Shown: positions 26,646-39,198, numbered from the stretch's first letter. The stretch is 64,000 bases of DNA from Octopus sinensis (GCF_006345805.1 NC_043003.1:84134001-84198000); one strand, 5' to 3'. Notes: generated by a model from the sequence alone, not told the origin. A program made the numbers and translations.

Positions 26646-28758
26646 TTTCTCTCACTCACTCACTCACTCGCACGCATGCACACACATAGCTTTTAGTTGT
26701 ATATTTGCTAAATGGCCAAAGAAAAATAAGGAATCAAATGCTAAATTGTATGTGTTTGTGTATATATACACACACACGCCCACATACATATATACATATA
26801 TGTATGCATATACACACACATATATACACACATTTACATACACACACATATATATACATGAAAACAGTAAAATTAAATTATATATATATATATATGAATA
26901 AAAAACAAGGTAATATTTAATGTGTATTCACAGATATATATGCATATATGTGTGTGTTATACGAAACACACATGCACACACATATACACAAACACATAAA
27001 TATATGTGTGAGTGTCATACATGTTTATATGTATATAACGTTTAAATGAAAGTTCTTGAAACTGACTTCTACATAGATAAGGGAACCTTCCTATCTTAGG
27101 CTATACACCCCGCCCCTGTATCTAACACTTTCAGAATATTACTTTAGAACCTAGAAACGGATTACTATCCCCAAAATTTCTCATAAATAAAAATGAGTAA
27201 ACAGGAGAGGTAACAACGGTTAGCATTGTTCACTTGTCGACTATCTAGTAACCTATCAGCTGCTGCCCCTGAAATATCATCAACAAGGTGTAAGTTATGA
27301 TGTAACTAAATGGGTAACTCAGAAAACAAAGAAAAAATCTAACAGTGAAGTTGAGTGTAAACTCCTACCCAATAAAAGTTTGTTGCGACAGTTAGCATTC
27401 GAAACCGCATCAGCCCTGTAACGAACGAAGGCCACTATATAACAGGCGTTACTAGACATTTCAGCCAATTATATTTCAGCTGCATTCGTATGATCGCATG
27501 ATTCGAATGGAAATTTCCAAGCAGGTACCCACCAAAACACGCAGGGACTGTTGAGGTTTTCTTGGACGACCCACTCTGACCTCTTATTAAAAGAACTCTT
27601 CTTGCGGGACATAACGTTTAAACCTCTCGCCAGACATAACATTCTCATCTTTTGCCAAGCATTTCCTATTCTCATACACTAGCTACTGGCTTTCAGTAAA
27701 ACAAACAGCCTTCGGCAAGTAATTTTTGTTACGTCAATATGGAAATAAATATAATTCATTGAAACTAAATATCGTTGATTGGTTTTATATGGGAGCAGTA
27801 CGCAGCCAAACATAATAATACAGCTCTCAGCTAAGCAATACATTTTTTAAATATGTAAAACGCACTAATTGAAATAATAATGAAATTAAAATTCAAAATT
27901 AGACATTGTTTGAAGCGAGGGAAAACAAAAGGGAACGTGTAGTCATGTGGAAATTACTGATCCCACAACTGAAATGATGCATGAAAAACAAAACAACTAA
28001 TAATGTCAGATTAACTCATGTTTCCTCAATACTTACCAAACACAGCCCTATCACTGAGCTCTGTTTTTATTGACTCCGAATTAACTAATTCTACCACAGT
28101 CCCAATCAAATTTATTCGCTACATTCATGTGGTTTATCCACATCACCTTCATTCTGCTTCACAACTTAAACCTACTACTGCGCACTTTCAAGAATATTTG
28201 TTGAGAATTTTTGGAACTCGCTTCCCCACAGTTATTATTTAACTTTCACACGTCACTTACAACACACTCAATATAATTTTCACTAACATTGCTCTGTTAT
28301 TTTAATCCTCTTAGTTTAGAAGAGCCTAAATTGCAAGAGGCATACTCTCACTCTTTCTGTCTAACATGAATTGTAACGAATAATATTGAAATATCACTTC
28401 AAATGGAATTTGAGAATTTTCCTGAAAAAGAACAATGAAAGCTTGTTGCTCGATAGACGTAAATTTCACATTAAAAAATAAATGGTAAAGAAAACGTACT
28501 TTGAAAGTTAATGACGAAGCCATATAAGAACCAATTATATATCGAGACAAACTTGACAGTTTTACCCGTAGTAATAAGAAAATTTTACTGAAAAATTATT
28601 TAAACATCATTTCCATGATATTTAATGTATTTAAACAAATATGATTGATTTGTAAACGACAACCACGATTTCGTAAATAGGATTATCAATAAATTATTTT
28701 TAAGGTCAGCTCCTGAATCCAAGCAAGCTGGTGGTGATCTGCAGTGAGCAAGTATTAA

Positions 28759-29361
28759 CCCTTTAGTATTCAGATTACTCTGTTAAATATAATACTTATT
28801 CACTCAAATTGTTTTGAATTAATCATGCATTATCTTATAGCTTTGAGGTTTCAGTGATGTGATTGTTTATTTTTAGCATGTCATTGTAGGTTAAGTGTGA
28901 GAGGCTAGATATCGCCAGTTTGAATATAAAACACTAGCAGTATCGCCCGGCGTTGCTCAGGTTTGTAAGGGAAATAACTATAAAGCATTTTTAGAGAGTT
29001 ATAGCCAAAAAATAGCAAAAAAATGGAAAAAAAAGGATGGTAAATTTTTTTGAGAGTTAAAAAAGGTGGAGTTGCGTCCCCTAGACGGTCTGTGGTTTGG
29101 GTTTCTGATTCTCGACCCCATGTCGAATTTATCAATTTTTTTCAGAACTGGGAGAACTTTTCAAAATTTTCGCTGCGTTAGTTTTGAATTATGACATTGG
29201 GCTATGTGTGTGTCAAGTTTCATCAGAATCGGTTGAAAGCCGTGGTCAGAGTGAGGGTACGAGAAAACATACTCACAGAAAACGCACAGACAAACTGCCG
29301 TTTATATATAGAGAGATTTAGAATATTTGGGCCGGTTATGGCCGGTTTAAACACTAAAGGG
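28759..29361. mobile_element. piggyBac-like MITE interrupted by a Helitron
   Basis: TTAA|CCCTTTAGTA ... CACTAAAGGG|TCCA (right TTAA degraded); about 220 bp once the nested insert is removed. Confidence 0.75.
28934..29316 (-). mobile_element. Non-autonomous Helitron (nested)
   Basis: Minus strand: A|TCTCTCTATATATAAA ... GC-rich hairpin (+ strand CCCGGCGTTGCTCAGG) 8 nt from CTAG|T; A^T target, no TSD. Confidence 0.85.
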
Positions 29362-30173
29362 TCCAATGAATTTTGGTGACAGTCAGCTAGAGTAGTTACA
29401 ATAGAGCTCAAAATGCTTTACCGTGTTCCTTCTGTATCCCGACGTTCTGAGTCTAGATACCGCTAATGTTAACTCTGTCTTCCATTCTTTCTTGGTTGAT
29501 AAAATAGCAAACCAGTCCAGAAGGTATTTTGGTGGAATTACAACAGTGTCAGACAAGAAGATCGTGGTATTTATTTCAACTCTTAAACTTCTGAGGTTTT
29601 GGGTGGTAGACTTAATCTATTTCCCAGTTTAACTTAACAACTTGATTGTTGTGCACCTATAGTGGAGTTCGCTCTGTTTGAGGATCATTTCATTCTTTCA
29701 TCCTATAACCACCGAAGGCCCAGAATAAATAAACGGTAAATGGTGCTGCTTTCCCCACCCGACCAAATGTTGACTTATTGTAAGGAGAGATATTAAGCCG
29801 ACGTTGTCCTTCATCAAAGAGTAATAATTGACTCCTCACGGCAGATCAACCCATTTTAATGCAATGTTTTTCTCCGAATGGTATATATTATTGTTAGCAT
29901 TGCTCAAAGGCCAAACAATGTGTGTGTGCGTGTGTGTGTGTGTGTGTCCGATTGAGTGTGGTGTATGTGTGGTAACTGATTTGAAAAGCCCAAGTATTTA
30001 AGAAGAATTTAGTTATTTTATTGAGGCCAGAATGATGTAAAGCAAATCAACCCCAGTGTCATTTGAATTCAGATGGAAAAGAGACTTTACTAAATGCCAC
30101 AAGATATTTTGCTCAACGTACTCCCGATTCTGCAATATACTCCCCGTAGAGTTTTAAATATCAGATAAGTTTC

Positions 30174-30407
30174 TTATTTCTTTATTACCCACAAGGGGCT
30201 AAACATAGCGGGGACAAATAAGGACAGACAAAGGGATTAAGTCGATTAAATCGAACCCAGTGCGTAACTGGTACTTAATTTCTCGACCCCGAGAGGATGG
30301 AAGGCAAAGTCAACCTTGGCGGAATTTGAACTCAGAACGTAACGGCAAACGAAATACCGCCAAGCATTTCGCCCGGCGTGCTAACGTTTCTGCTAACTCG
30401 CCGTCTT
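30174..30407 (-). mobile_element. SINE family A copy (near full length)
   Basis: Highly similar to 1361-1590, including the CCCACAAGGGGCTAAACA..GGGGACAAA tail. Confidence 0.9.
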
Positions 30408-31743
30408 CAGTAGTTCAGTTTCGTAAGCTAAAGGTAGTTATTTAGGCTAAGTCCAAATCTGATCAAACAAATCTATGATGAAAATATTCCAGATAATATC
30501 TCATATTTTAGAGCTATTTTGGACAATTTTCTCTGAAGTAGACTTATTTTTTAAGACGATAGGATATATTTCGAAGGATATTCCGCGGTTATTTCTAACA
30601 GGATGGGTGACCACATAGAGGAGGTTTTCTTATTGGCTCAGCACTAAAAGATGTTAGTAAACTTGGAAATATTTATCTAGTTGTAGGTGTCTGGTTCTTA
30701 TCTTGCTTGATAAAATAAAATTAAAATAAACATTGATGGACAAATACCGTAGTTCAACAGATAAGACAAAAAGGACGAGAAACGTATAATCAACATACTT
30801 GTGCGCGTGAGTGAGAATGTGTGTAAGTGTATGTATATATATATATACATATATATACATACATATACATACATACAAATAGGTGCATATGCATTACAAA
30901 TAAGTATGCATATATATATATATATATATAACATATATGTGCGTATGTTCAAGCATATATGAGCACACACATGTATAAATCCATGTTTGTACATATAACC
31001 CATACTCACAAATACACACACATATACGTATACACACATACATAAGTTATATATATATATATATATATATATGTAATATTGTGGTTTACACATCTGACAG
31101 TATGTGGTCAATATCTATGCCAGTATACAACAGCAAAAGAGTAGGGCGATGACATACATTCATTGCTTTTAATGACAGACGAAGATGAGCTCCATAGACA
31201 ATGGTACTTATTACTAGCTTGTAATATATCGAAATATAGACAGAATCATTAGTAAGTAGAAAATGTGTTGACATCATTTGTGTTTCGCTGTCGGCACTAA
31301 GATATTTTATTTGCTGAAACATTAAATTACATTTGTTTTATAATAAAACAGTAATTTCCGAGGAAATTTGTCATGTTCTTCATCAGCAAATAGTATGCAC
31401 TCAGACACACACACACACACACACACATACACACAGATATAATTTAATAGATGCAGGATTTAAAGTGAGCTACTTTAAGTTTCATGCTCGGATAATATCG
31501 TAATCGGACGGGCTTGTATAGCGTGCTATGTACTATCCTGCAATCTATGAGGTTAAAAAAAATTACGGTACTATCTGAGCAGAAACTTATAGTAGCTCAC
31601 ATTTATGTCCAGTGTTTATTAAGTGATATTTACCTCTTGCTAGGTGGAGTACTACTTTTTGTTGAACCTACGAATAACGGAACAGTACACTATACATACA
31701 TATACACACACATACATTCATACATGCATCTGTGCGTACGTTC

Positions 31744-31776
<33 letters not shown>

Positions 31777-32709
31777 TGTATGTATGTATGTATGTATGTA
31801 TGTATGTATCGTATAAATGTACGTATATAGTTCGCTATGTGAATTTGCCTGGAGGAAGGCTGGCGTTTCGATCAGGACTCATCAGCAGAAATGAGTCAAT
31901 ATATTCAGCAATAAAATATACACAAATATAACTGAAAAGTTAATATACTGTAGATTTGTGGTCTACTGAACAAGAGGTTTCCATCACCAAAAAACTGCTG
32001 TAGTTAGAAATGTAAAAATAAAAATGGTTTTCGTAGCTACCACGTTGTAAAAAAGAACGTGCCATTTTTTTGTACCTTACTCAGTTGTCAGAAATATATT
32101 CCTCGAACCTTCTATACCTGTATTTTGGGAATTTTTTGTTTGTTTGTTTTTATAATGAGTTCTTTTCTCCAGGTTGTTATCTCTTGTGTCTAAATAAACA
32201 TAGAATATCTCTCTATAGACTCCATAAAGAAAGTTGATCTTCAGCTGATCTTGAGAGAAGAGAACCTCAAAAGAATTCTAACTACACAGGGATTCAAATC
32301 TTAAAGATATAATAACCAACCGAAACTGAAATGCTAACTTGGATAGGTAGCTAGTCTTCAACTTCTATTTCCCGATGGACGTGCTTTAATTAATGTTGAC
32401 TCCTTATCTTCTCCCAAAACACGTCCGCTTTTCTTTCATGCAGAATATAACTAACAGCAAAACAATCAAAGTTTGGACAGATCTTATGCATGATGAACAT
32501 TATTACGCAGGTAACACAAGTAACAGTAGTTATACTTACTTTTGTACATTACTCTAAACAAATCAGAAGGAAAATGCCTCGTTCAATAGAATGGTGGTGG
32601 TGGTGGGGTAATTTTCTTTATAAAACTCAATATGAATTGGCGGTTTGTTATTTGAGAATCCGCTTTTTTCATGTAATCAATTATCTGATGTCAGTATTGA
32701 ACAGTGGTA

Positions 32710-32923
32710 AAGCTGCGAGCTAGCAGAACCATTAGCATACCGGGCAATATGCTTGGCAGCATTTCGCCTGTTTTTACGTTCTGAGATCAAATCTCGTCGA
32801 GGTCGACTTTGCCTTTCATTTTTCGAAGTCGATAAAATAAGTACCAGTTGAGCACTGAGATTGATGTAATAGACTAATCCTCACCCACAAACTTGCTGGC
32901 CTTGCGCCAAAATTTGAAACTAT
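32710..32923 (+). mobile_element. SINE family A copy with 15-bp TSD
   Basis: Perfect TSD TATTGAACAGTGGTA at 32695-32709 and 32924-32938; GTCGACTTTGCCTTTCAT...GTCGATAAAATAAGTACCAG core. Confidence 0.92.
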
Positions 32924-33222
32924 TATTGAACAGTGGTACAAAGTCATATATTTTAAAACCGGACGCAGATGATTAAATCGATTGTATTTCTAGTATGGTA
33001 CTTATTGTATCCATTTCCTTAAAACGAAAAGCAGGATTTAAACAGGGAACGTAAGGGGGCCTAATTAAATAACATACATCCTTTACTGAACGATGCTCTA
33101 CTGGTTCTACCGTCAACCATCTTCAAGCGGCTGATATTGTAAAAGCAATAGAAGCCCAGCAATAGCAGTTCGAATATATCAGGTGACCAATAGCCTCTTC
33201 AGAACTCTGACAACAGACTCAC

Positions 33223-33325
33223 AAGCGTACTTGAAAATAGCTGATGCCATCTATTGCGGCTCGTATCTCATACATAGGCGCTGTGTTCATTGTCCAGACA
33301 CCTCTTGCTGGCTCACTCCATTTTC
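33223..33325 (-). CDS. Candidate internal coding exon, product unknown
   Basis: Acceptor CATTTCTTTACAG|G; open frame (G)KWSEPARGVWTMNTAPMYEIRAAIDGISYFQVR; donor CTT|GTGAGT at 33222 or CAA|GTACGC at 33230. Non-repetitive sequence. Confidence 0.4.
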
Positions 33326-33377
33326 CTGTAAAGAAATGTTATTTTAAGTGATCAAATTTCCCTGTTGTTTCGATCTG

Positions 33378-33545
33378 GTGGAAATAGCAGCCAAATCTCT
33401 TTGAAATCACTGCACCATCTTTAAAGAAGAAAAGCTAAATTGGATATTGTAGTCTGAGATGAACTCTGTCCGAAATGATGTGATAGTCATGGCTAGAATG
33501 TCTTTGGTTATAAGTCTTTTGATAAAGACTAGGGTTAAACAACTG
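33378..33545 (+). mobile_element. Old dispersed repeat family F (retroposon-like, (CAA)n tail)
   Basis: GAAATAGCAGCCAAATCTC...GTCATGGCTAGAATG...GGGTTAAACAAC; homologues at ~14770-14825, 30440-30625, 37812-38020, 38375-38605, 38965-39198 and 41460-41680. Confidence 0.7.
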
Positions 33546-33604
33546 CCAGAGTAAACTTAGTACAAACACGTTAATAATGAGTACGTGGGTGATGGCGATA
33601 AAGA

Positions 33605-33815
33605 GTACACCAACCTCGAGGTTTTTAATACACTGACAATGAGTCTTTAGTATTCAAACTTTAGTGCATCAACCGTGAATCTTTTGTACACTAAGTATGA
33701 GTCTTTAGCACATCGACCGTGAGTTTTTGTACGCCGACCGCGAGTCTTTGACAATAAGTCTGTAAAACACTGACCACGAGCATGTGTCTTTAGTATATGG
33801 AAAAGTCGAGAGTCT
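33605..33815. repeat. Degenerate ~21-bp minisatellite (ACAC(T/C)GACCGTGAGTCTTT)
   Basis: About 8 diverged units, each ending in GAGTCTTT, GAATCTTT or GAGTTTTT. Confidence 0.75.
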
Positions 33816-34369
33816 TGATTGAAAACTGTTTTACACAGAGAGGCAGTTATTTCTATAACAGTTCACTAGGAATCTGAGACAGTGGCGCCATCTAGTTCGA
33901 CAGCAGCCAGATGACAGTCTGGCCTTAAACCTTGTCAGTATGTCGCTCAGATATATTTTTGCTAGAATACTGGATCACGCAAAAAATAAACAGGGTATAT
34001 GTAAGTGACAAACGGAGGCATGCAACTGAATCGTTACAGAATTTGGGAAAGAAAAGAAATAAGTAAAACTGCGAACAAAAATATTTATTCAAGTTTTCTT
34101 CATTATGTCACCCAGTACGAGCAGCTAATTTAATTAATGGTCTCAATTAGAAAATGCTCAGGCTTCGTTGTTTCGTAACTGTAGCTCAAAGTTTAATATC
34201 AGTAAAGAATAAAGTTCCGTATAAGTACAATAATTTGAAACATAAGTAAAAGCTGTCGGTAACCAAACTAATATTTTGATATCAAAGTTTATAGAGAAAA
34301 CAAGAGAAGAGTCGAAATAATAGAGTCGTAAACGAATAGTAAAAGTAAGTGAATGTAACTGAATACAGA

Positions 34370-34865
<496 letters not shown>

Positions 34866-35438
34866 GAGAGTACTAGAAGGTCAGAGACTGTGCAAAGGCG
34901 GAGAACACAAAGATGACGATAATTGGAAATCTAGACCGGAAAGTATTGAGTATTCAAGGGTTCACTCCGATAGCTATATAAACGTTATTGCTTAAGTAGG
35001 ATCTCCAATGAAGGACGTTTGCGACACGTATTTCTAAGATCCTGACACTAGTAGACGACACAAGAGAATTTTCACAGGGAATAGAAATAGGGCATTTTAA
35101 GTACATCCACTTTAGAAAAATGGATGTTCTCAAATCAATTTTCTCCAGGGTGAGATTTATCCTATTACCAACATCAGCGATAGCATTCGGAGGCTTAAAG
35201 ACGCCTGCTAAAATGTATAACTGAGTGCGCGCGTTTGTGTATACATACATTTTTTTATATTTATGTACATACACACACACACACACAGAGCGGTAGATAG
35301 ATGGATAGATAGATAAATAGATGGAGAGAGAGAGGGAGAGAGAGATAACTTCGACCCATAAGCCTGTTAGTGTTCGGTATGTGAAGCTTTCAACTGGTAG
35401 CTCTTGTACCTGTAAGATGTTTTGCAAATAACACACGC

Positions 35439-35472
<34 letters not shown>

Positions 35473-35810
35473 TCTCACACTTCAAGCATAACAATTACGG
35501 ACACACTAATTAATACTCCACACCATTCTAACTAACCAGAGCCAATATTCTTTTACACACGCACACGTCAATACACATATACATTCACCGTACTTAAACA
35601 CCCATATATCACTTTCTCTGGTGCCCATATCCAAATACACACATTCCGATATATGCATCTACACACACGCTCCTACCTCCCTTCTTAACTCCCCCCCCAC
35701 CATATAACAGAATTCCTACTTGGTTTCTCTCCTTTTCATTCTTCCTGTTTCCTTCTTCCATTTTTTATACATTGACTATCTCTCTTTCACACTCCTATGC
35801 TTCTCCATCT

Positions 35811-36070
35811 TTTTCTCCTGATGAAGGACCAACGTTCAAAACATTATGGCTAACACCCGAAACATTAAGTCTTTCCCCATTAAAGCGTTACACCAATATT
35901 ATTAAGCTTCATTGTATATGTGTTCATTTTAAAGTTATATCATCTTCTCTCTCTTCTTTTCTCCCGATGAAGGACTAACATCCGAAACGTTAAATGTTTC
36001 CCCATTAAAATATTAAACTAATTTTATCAACCTTCATTCTGCATATGTTCCTTTTGAAGTTACACCACCT
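35811..36070 (+). ncRNA. Degenerate minimal hammerhead-ribozyme cores in a ~125-bp tandem repeat (Penelope/retrozyme-like)
   Basis: CTGATGA-A-GGA-CCAACG-TTC-AAAAC (35818-35842), GGCTAACACCC-GAAAC (35848-35863) and CCGATGA-A-GGA-CTAACA-TCC-GAAAC-GTT (35964-35991). Each copy is damaged; stem I is not evident. Confidence 0.55.
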
Positions 36071-36127
36071 TTCCTATAAGTTTTAAAGCATTCTCGATTT
36101 CACTCATCAGAAAGTAGGTTCATCTAG

Positions 36128-36183
36128 GACCTGGTTATATATACAGTGCAACAGAATACAGCACCGGGAAGTTTGTTATTCAG
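36128..36183 (+). CDS. Candidate short exon (all three frames open)
   Basis: Weak acceptor TTCATCTAG|; strong donor CAG|GTAAGT at 36184. Frames include DLVIYTVQQNTAPGSLLF and PGYIYSATEYSTGKFVIQ. Confidence 0.25.
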
Positions 36184-36510
36184 GTAAGTACAATATACAA
36201 AAGGCGAAAAGCGTGACAACATATACATTTTCATTCAACATTACAAATGTTCACACACACGCACACGCGCGCACTGCGCATGCACACAGCGTTTGTAGGG
36301 AAATATTGAGGCAAAATAGAAATCGGTTTCTCTTGGCAACAGAAAGAAAATGCCAGCAAGGTAGTATGCACTTATATGTAAAACAACATACGTGGGACTG
36401 AGTGTGTGCGTGTGTGAGCTTATGTATATGTGTAAATATGTATGCATACGCACACACACACACATAGATTAAAAGAGGGAGGCACCATGATTTCGATGTA
36501 TACACACACA

Positions 36511-36572
<62 letters not shown>

Positions 36573-36962
36573 ATGTAGCAGTATCATTCGCTTACATTGA
36601 ATATATAAAATAGGCGTATGGTACTGCTACAATTGTTTCGTTAGAAATCTTCATGAGTGTGTGTGTGTGTGTGTGTGTGTATGCGTGCGTGTGTGTGTGT
36701 GTATGCGTGTGTGTGTGCGGGCGTGTGTGTGAGTAGGTGTTCGTGTTCATGCGTGTTGTTTTACTGCACGAAGACGTACATCACAACACGTATGTATAAT
36801 TGCATGTACATGCGTTGTGTGTGCGCGTGAGCTAGAAAGAGAAATAGAGAGAGAGAGAAATAGAGAGAGAGAGAGAGAAAGAGAAAGAGGGAAAGAGGTA
36901 TTAGATAGCTAGGTTGAGAAAGTATTTATATTAATATGAATATGCATGTTTGTAAGTATGTC

Positions 36963-37078
<116 letters not shown>

Positions 37079-37811
37079 TCTATCTATCCATCCATCCATC
37101 CATCCATCTATCTATCTATCTATCCATGTTATTACTGAAATAGGCGGGTCATGTGAATCATGTAAATATATGCATGTCTATCTAAGTGTAATAATACATG
37201 TGTGTGCGTGTGCAATAGTGTGCATGCACGAGCAGGGCTAATTCGATGCATGCAAGCATTTAAGAAGCGTCCATGGATGAATGGCTGACGTGTGTGTATG
37301 TGGTTTCTATATATCTATATGTGTGTGTGTGTGTGTGTGTATGTGTCTTTTCGTGTGTGTGTGTGTGTGTGTGTGTGTCTTTTCGTGTGTGTGTGTGTGG
37401 ATGTGTGGATGTTTGCACGGATATAGCCATTTATGTTCAGTGTATTTAAGAATACGTGATAGTCTCTGCATGGAGTGTATTATTTAAAATGTATGTGAAT
37501 GTGAGATGTGTATATGTGTCCGTGATAGTGAATGCGGATGTAACTATATATATATATATATTTAGTGTACTTAAGAGTACATGCGTGTTTGTATTGCGTG
37601 TGTGTGTGTGTGTATGTATGTATGTAGGGGGTGGGGGTGTAAGTGCACATTTGTCTGCGCATGCGTTTGCACGCTGAAAATCACGAGACGTCCTAGTCAC
37701 TCGCAACATATTTCGTTGACTTGATTCTCTCACCACTACCACAATCATCATCATCATCATCATCATCATCATAAGCACCACTGTCACCAACACCAACAAC
37801 TCCACTATTCT

Positions 37812-38020
37812 CAAGGAAGCCTCTACTCAGCCTCAATCGGTCTGCTAGAAAGAGCAGCTAAATATCTCTCGAAACCCAACTGTATCAATTGTCTGTTTTA
37901 AGATAATGTAATGCTAAGACATATACGCCTAAAATTACGTAGTGGTCTTAGCTGAAACACCTTTGATCATAGATCTACGCGGACGGAGTTAGCCTGGGGC
38001 TAAACACCATCAACAACTAC
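37812..38020 (+). mobile_element. Repeat family F copy
   Basis: GCCTCTAC...CTGCTAGAAAGAGCAGCTAAAT...CCTTTGATCATAGATCT...GGGGCTAAACACCATCAACAAC. Confidence 0.7.
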
Positions 38021-38964
38021 TAATACAACTACTGTTGCTGCTGCTTCTACTGCTGCTGCTGCTGTTATGACTACTAGATTTTTATGCAATGGGTGTGTTA
38101 AATAGTGTAGACACTAATAATATACAAGATGTTAGTGGAGGCGGCGAAACAGAATGTAGAAAGTGATGTGGTTGCATAAGAACACTGATGGAGTTGGTGA
38201 TATGAGAGAAAGAAAGAGACAGACAGGGAGAGAGAGAGAGAGAGAGGGTGAGAAGAGAAAGAGAGAAAGAGAGTGTGTTTGGTGGTGGTGGTGGTGGTGG
38301 TGGTGGCGATGGTGATGGTGGTGGTGGTGTTATTTATAGTAGTAACTGTTACAGCGAAAAGAGGAATCATTAGCTGGAAATGTTTAACACCCGGCCAGGA
38401 CTGATCAAACAGACCTGTAATTCAACCATTCCAGCCATGACCAATCCATCATATCTTTAAACAATAGATTCAATTTTACAATAAAGTCTACAACATATAA
38501 TAGGTCTTTTACTGCTGTTTTTTTTTTATTTTCATGATGGCAGTTTGTAGTTTGAAGGAAATTTGCCTGCTACTTCTAGCACACCAACCGACCACATTAA
38601 CGTTACCTTAGTGTTTTGTGATGTTGGTTGTGGGGTATTGGTTGCAGTTGTAGTAGTTAGTAGCGGTGTCAGTGGTAATGGTTATAGCAGTAGTGATCAT
38701 AGTAGTAGCTGTGGTACTAGTGATTGTATAATAACGATGTAAGTGGTGGTGGTCATGCTTGCAGTAGTAGTAGTAGTAGTAGTAGTAGTTGTTGTTGTTG
38801 TTGTTATTGTAGTAGTAATCGTAGTAGTGGTTATGGTACTGGTGGTGGTGGTAGCTGTAGGGTTTGTTGTAGTACTAGTAGTTGTATAGTAGGAGTGATG
38901 TTGATAGTAGTAGACGTTAGTGCTAGTATGTGAAAGCAGAAATAGTGTTTCTCTCAACAACTAT

Positions 38965-39198
38965 GTTGCTGCAGCTGTTTAGCCCTAGGTCTGTCCTTAC
39001 TAAGTAGAGTTGTGATCAAAAGACATTATAGCCGCGACCAGTCCTTCTTGTTTCGTTTTTTTTTTCTTTTCTTCTTTCAGACACTGTATATCTAGGACCA
39101 CATCTCTTTATGTGTCCTTTTTTATTTAAAGAAAGTGTGCTTCGAGGGAGATTTCGCAACAATTTCTAGCCGGCCGTGCGACTATGTAGAGTCTCTCT
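38965..39198 (-). mobile_element. Repeat family F copy
   Basis: TGTTTAGCCCTAGGTC...TGATCAAAAGACATT..AGCCGCGACC...GAGGGAGATTT...ATTTCTAGC...GACTATGTAGAG on the + strand. Confidence 0.7.

Noticed and set aside
36085-36112. Hammerhead-like CTGATGAGTGAAATCGAGAA on the minus strand
   Set aside because: It has GAGA instead of GAAA, a 1-bp stem II and no stem I or III.
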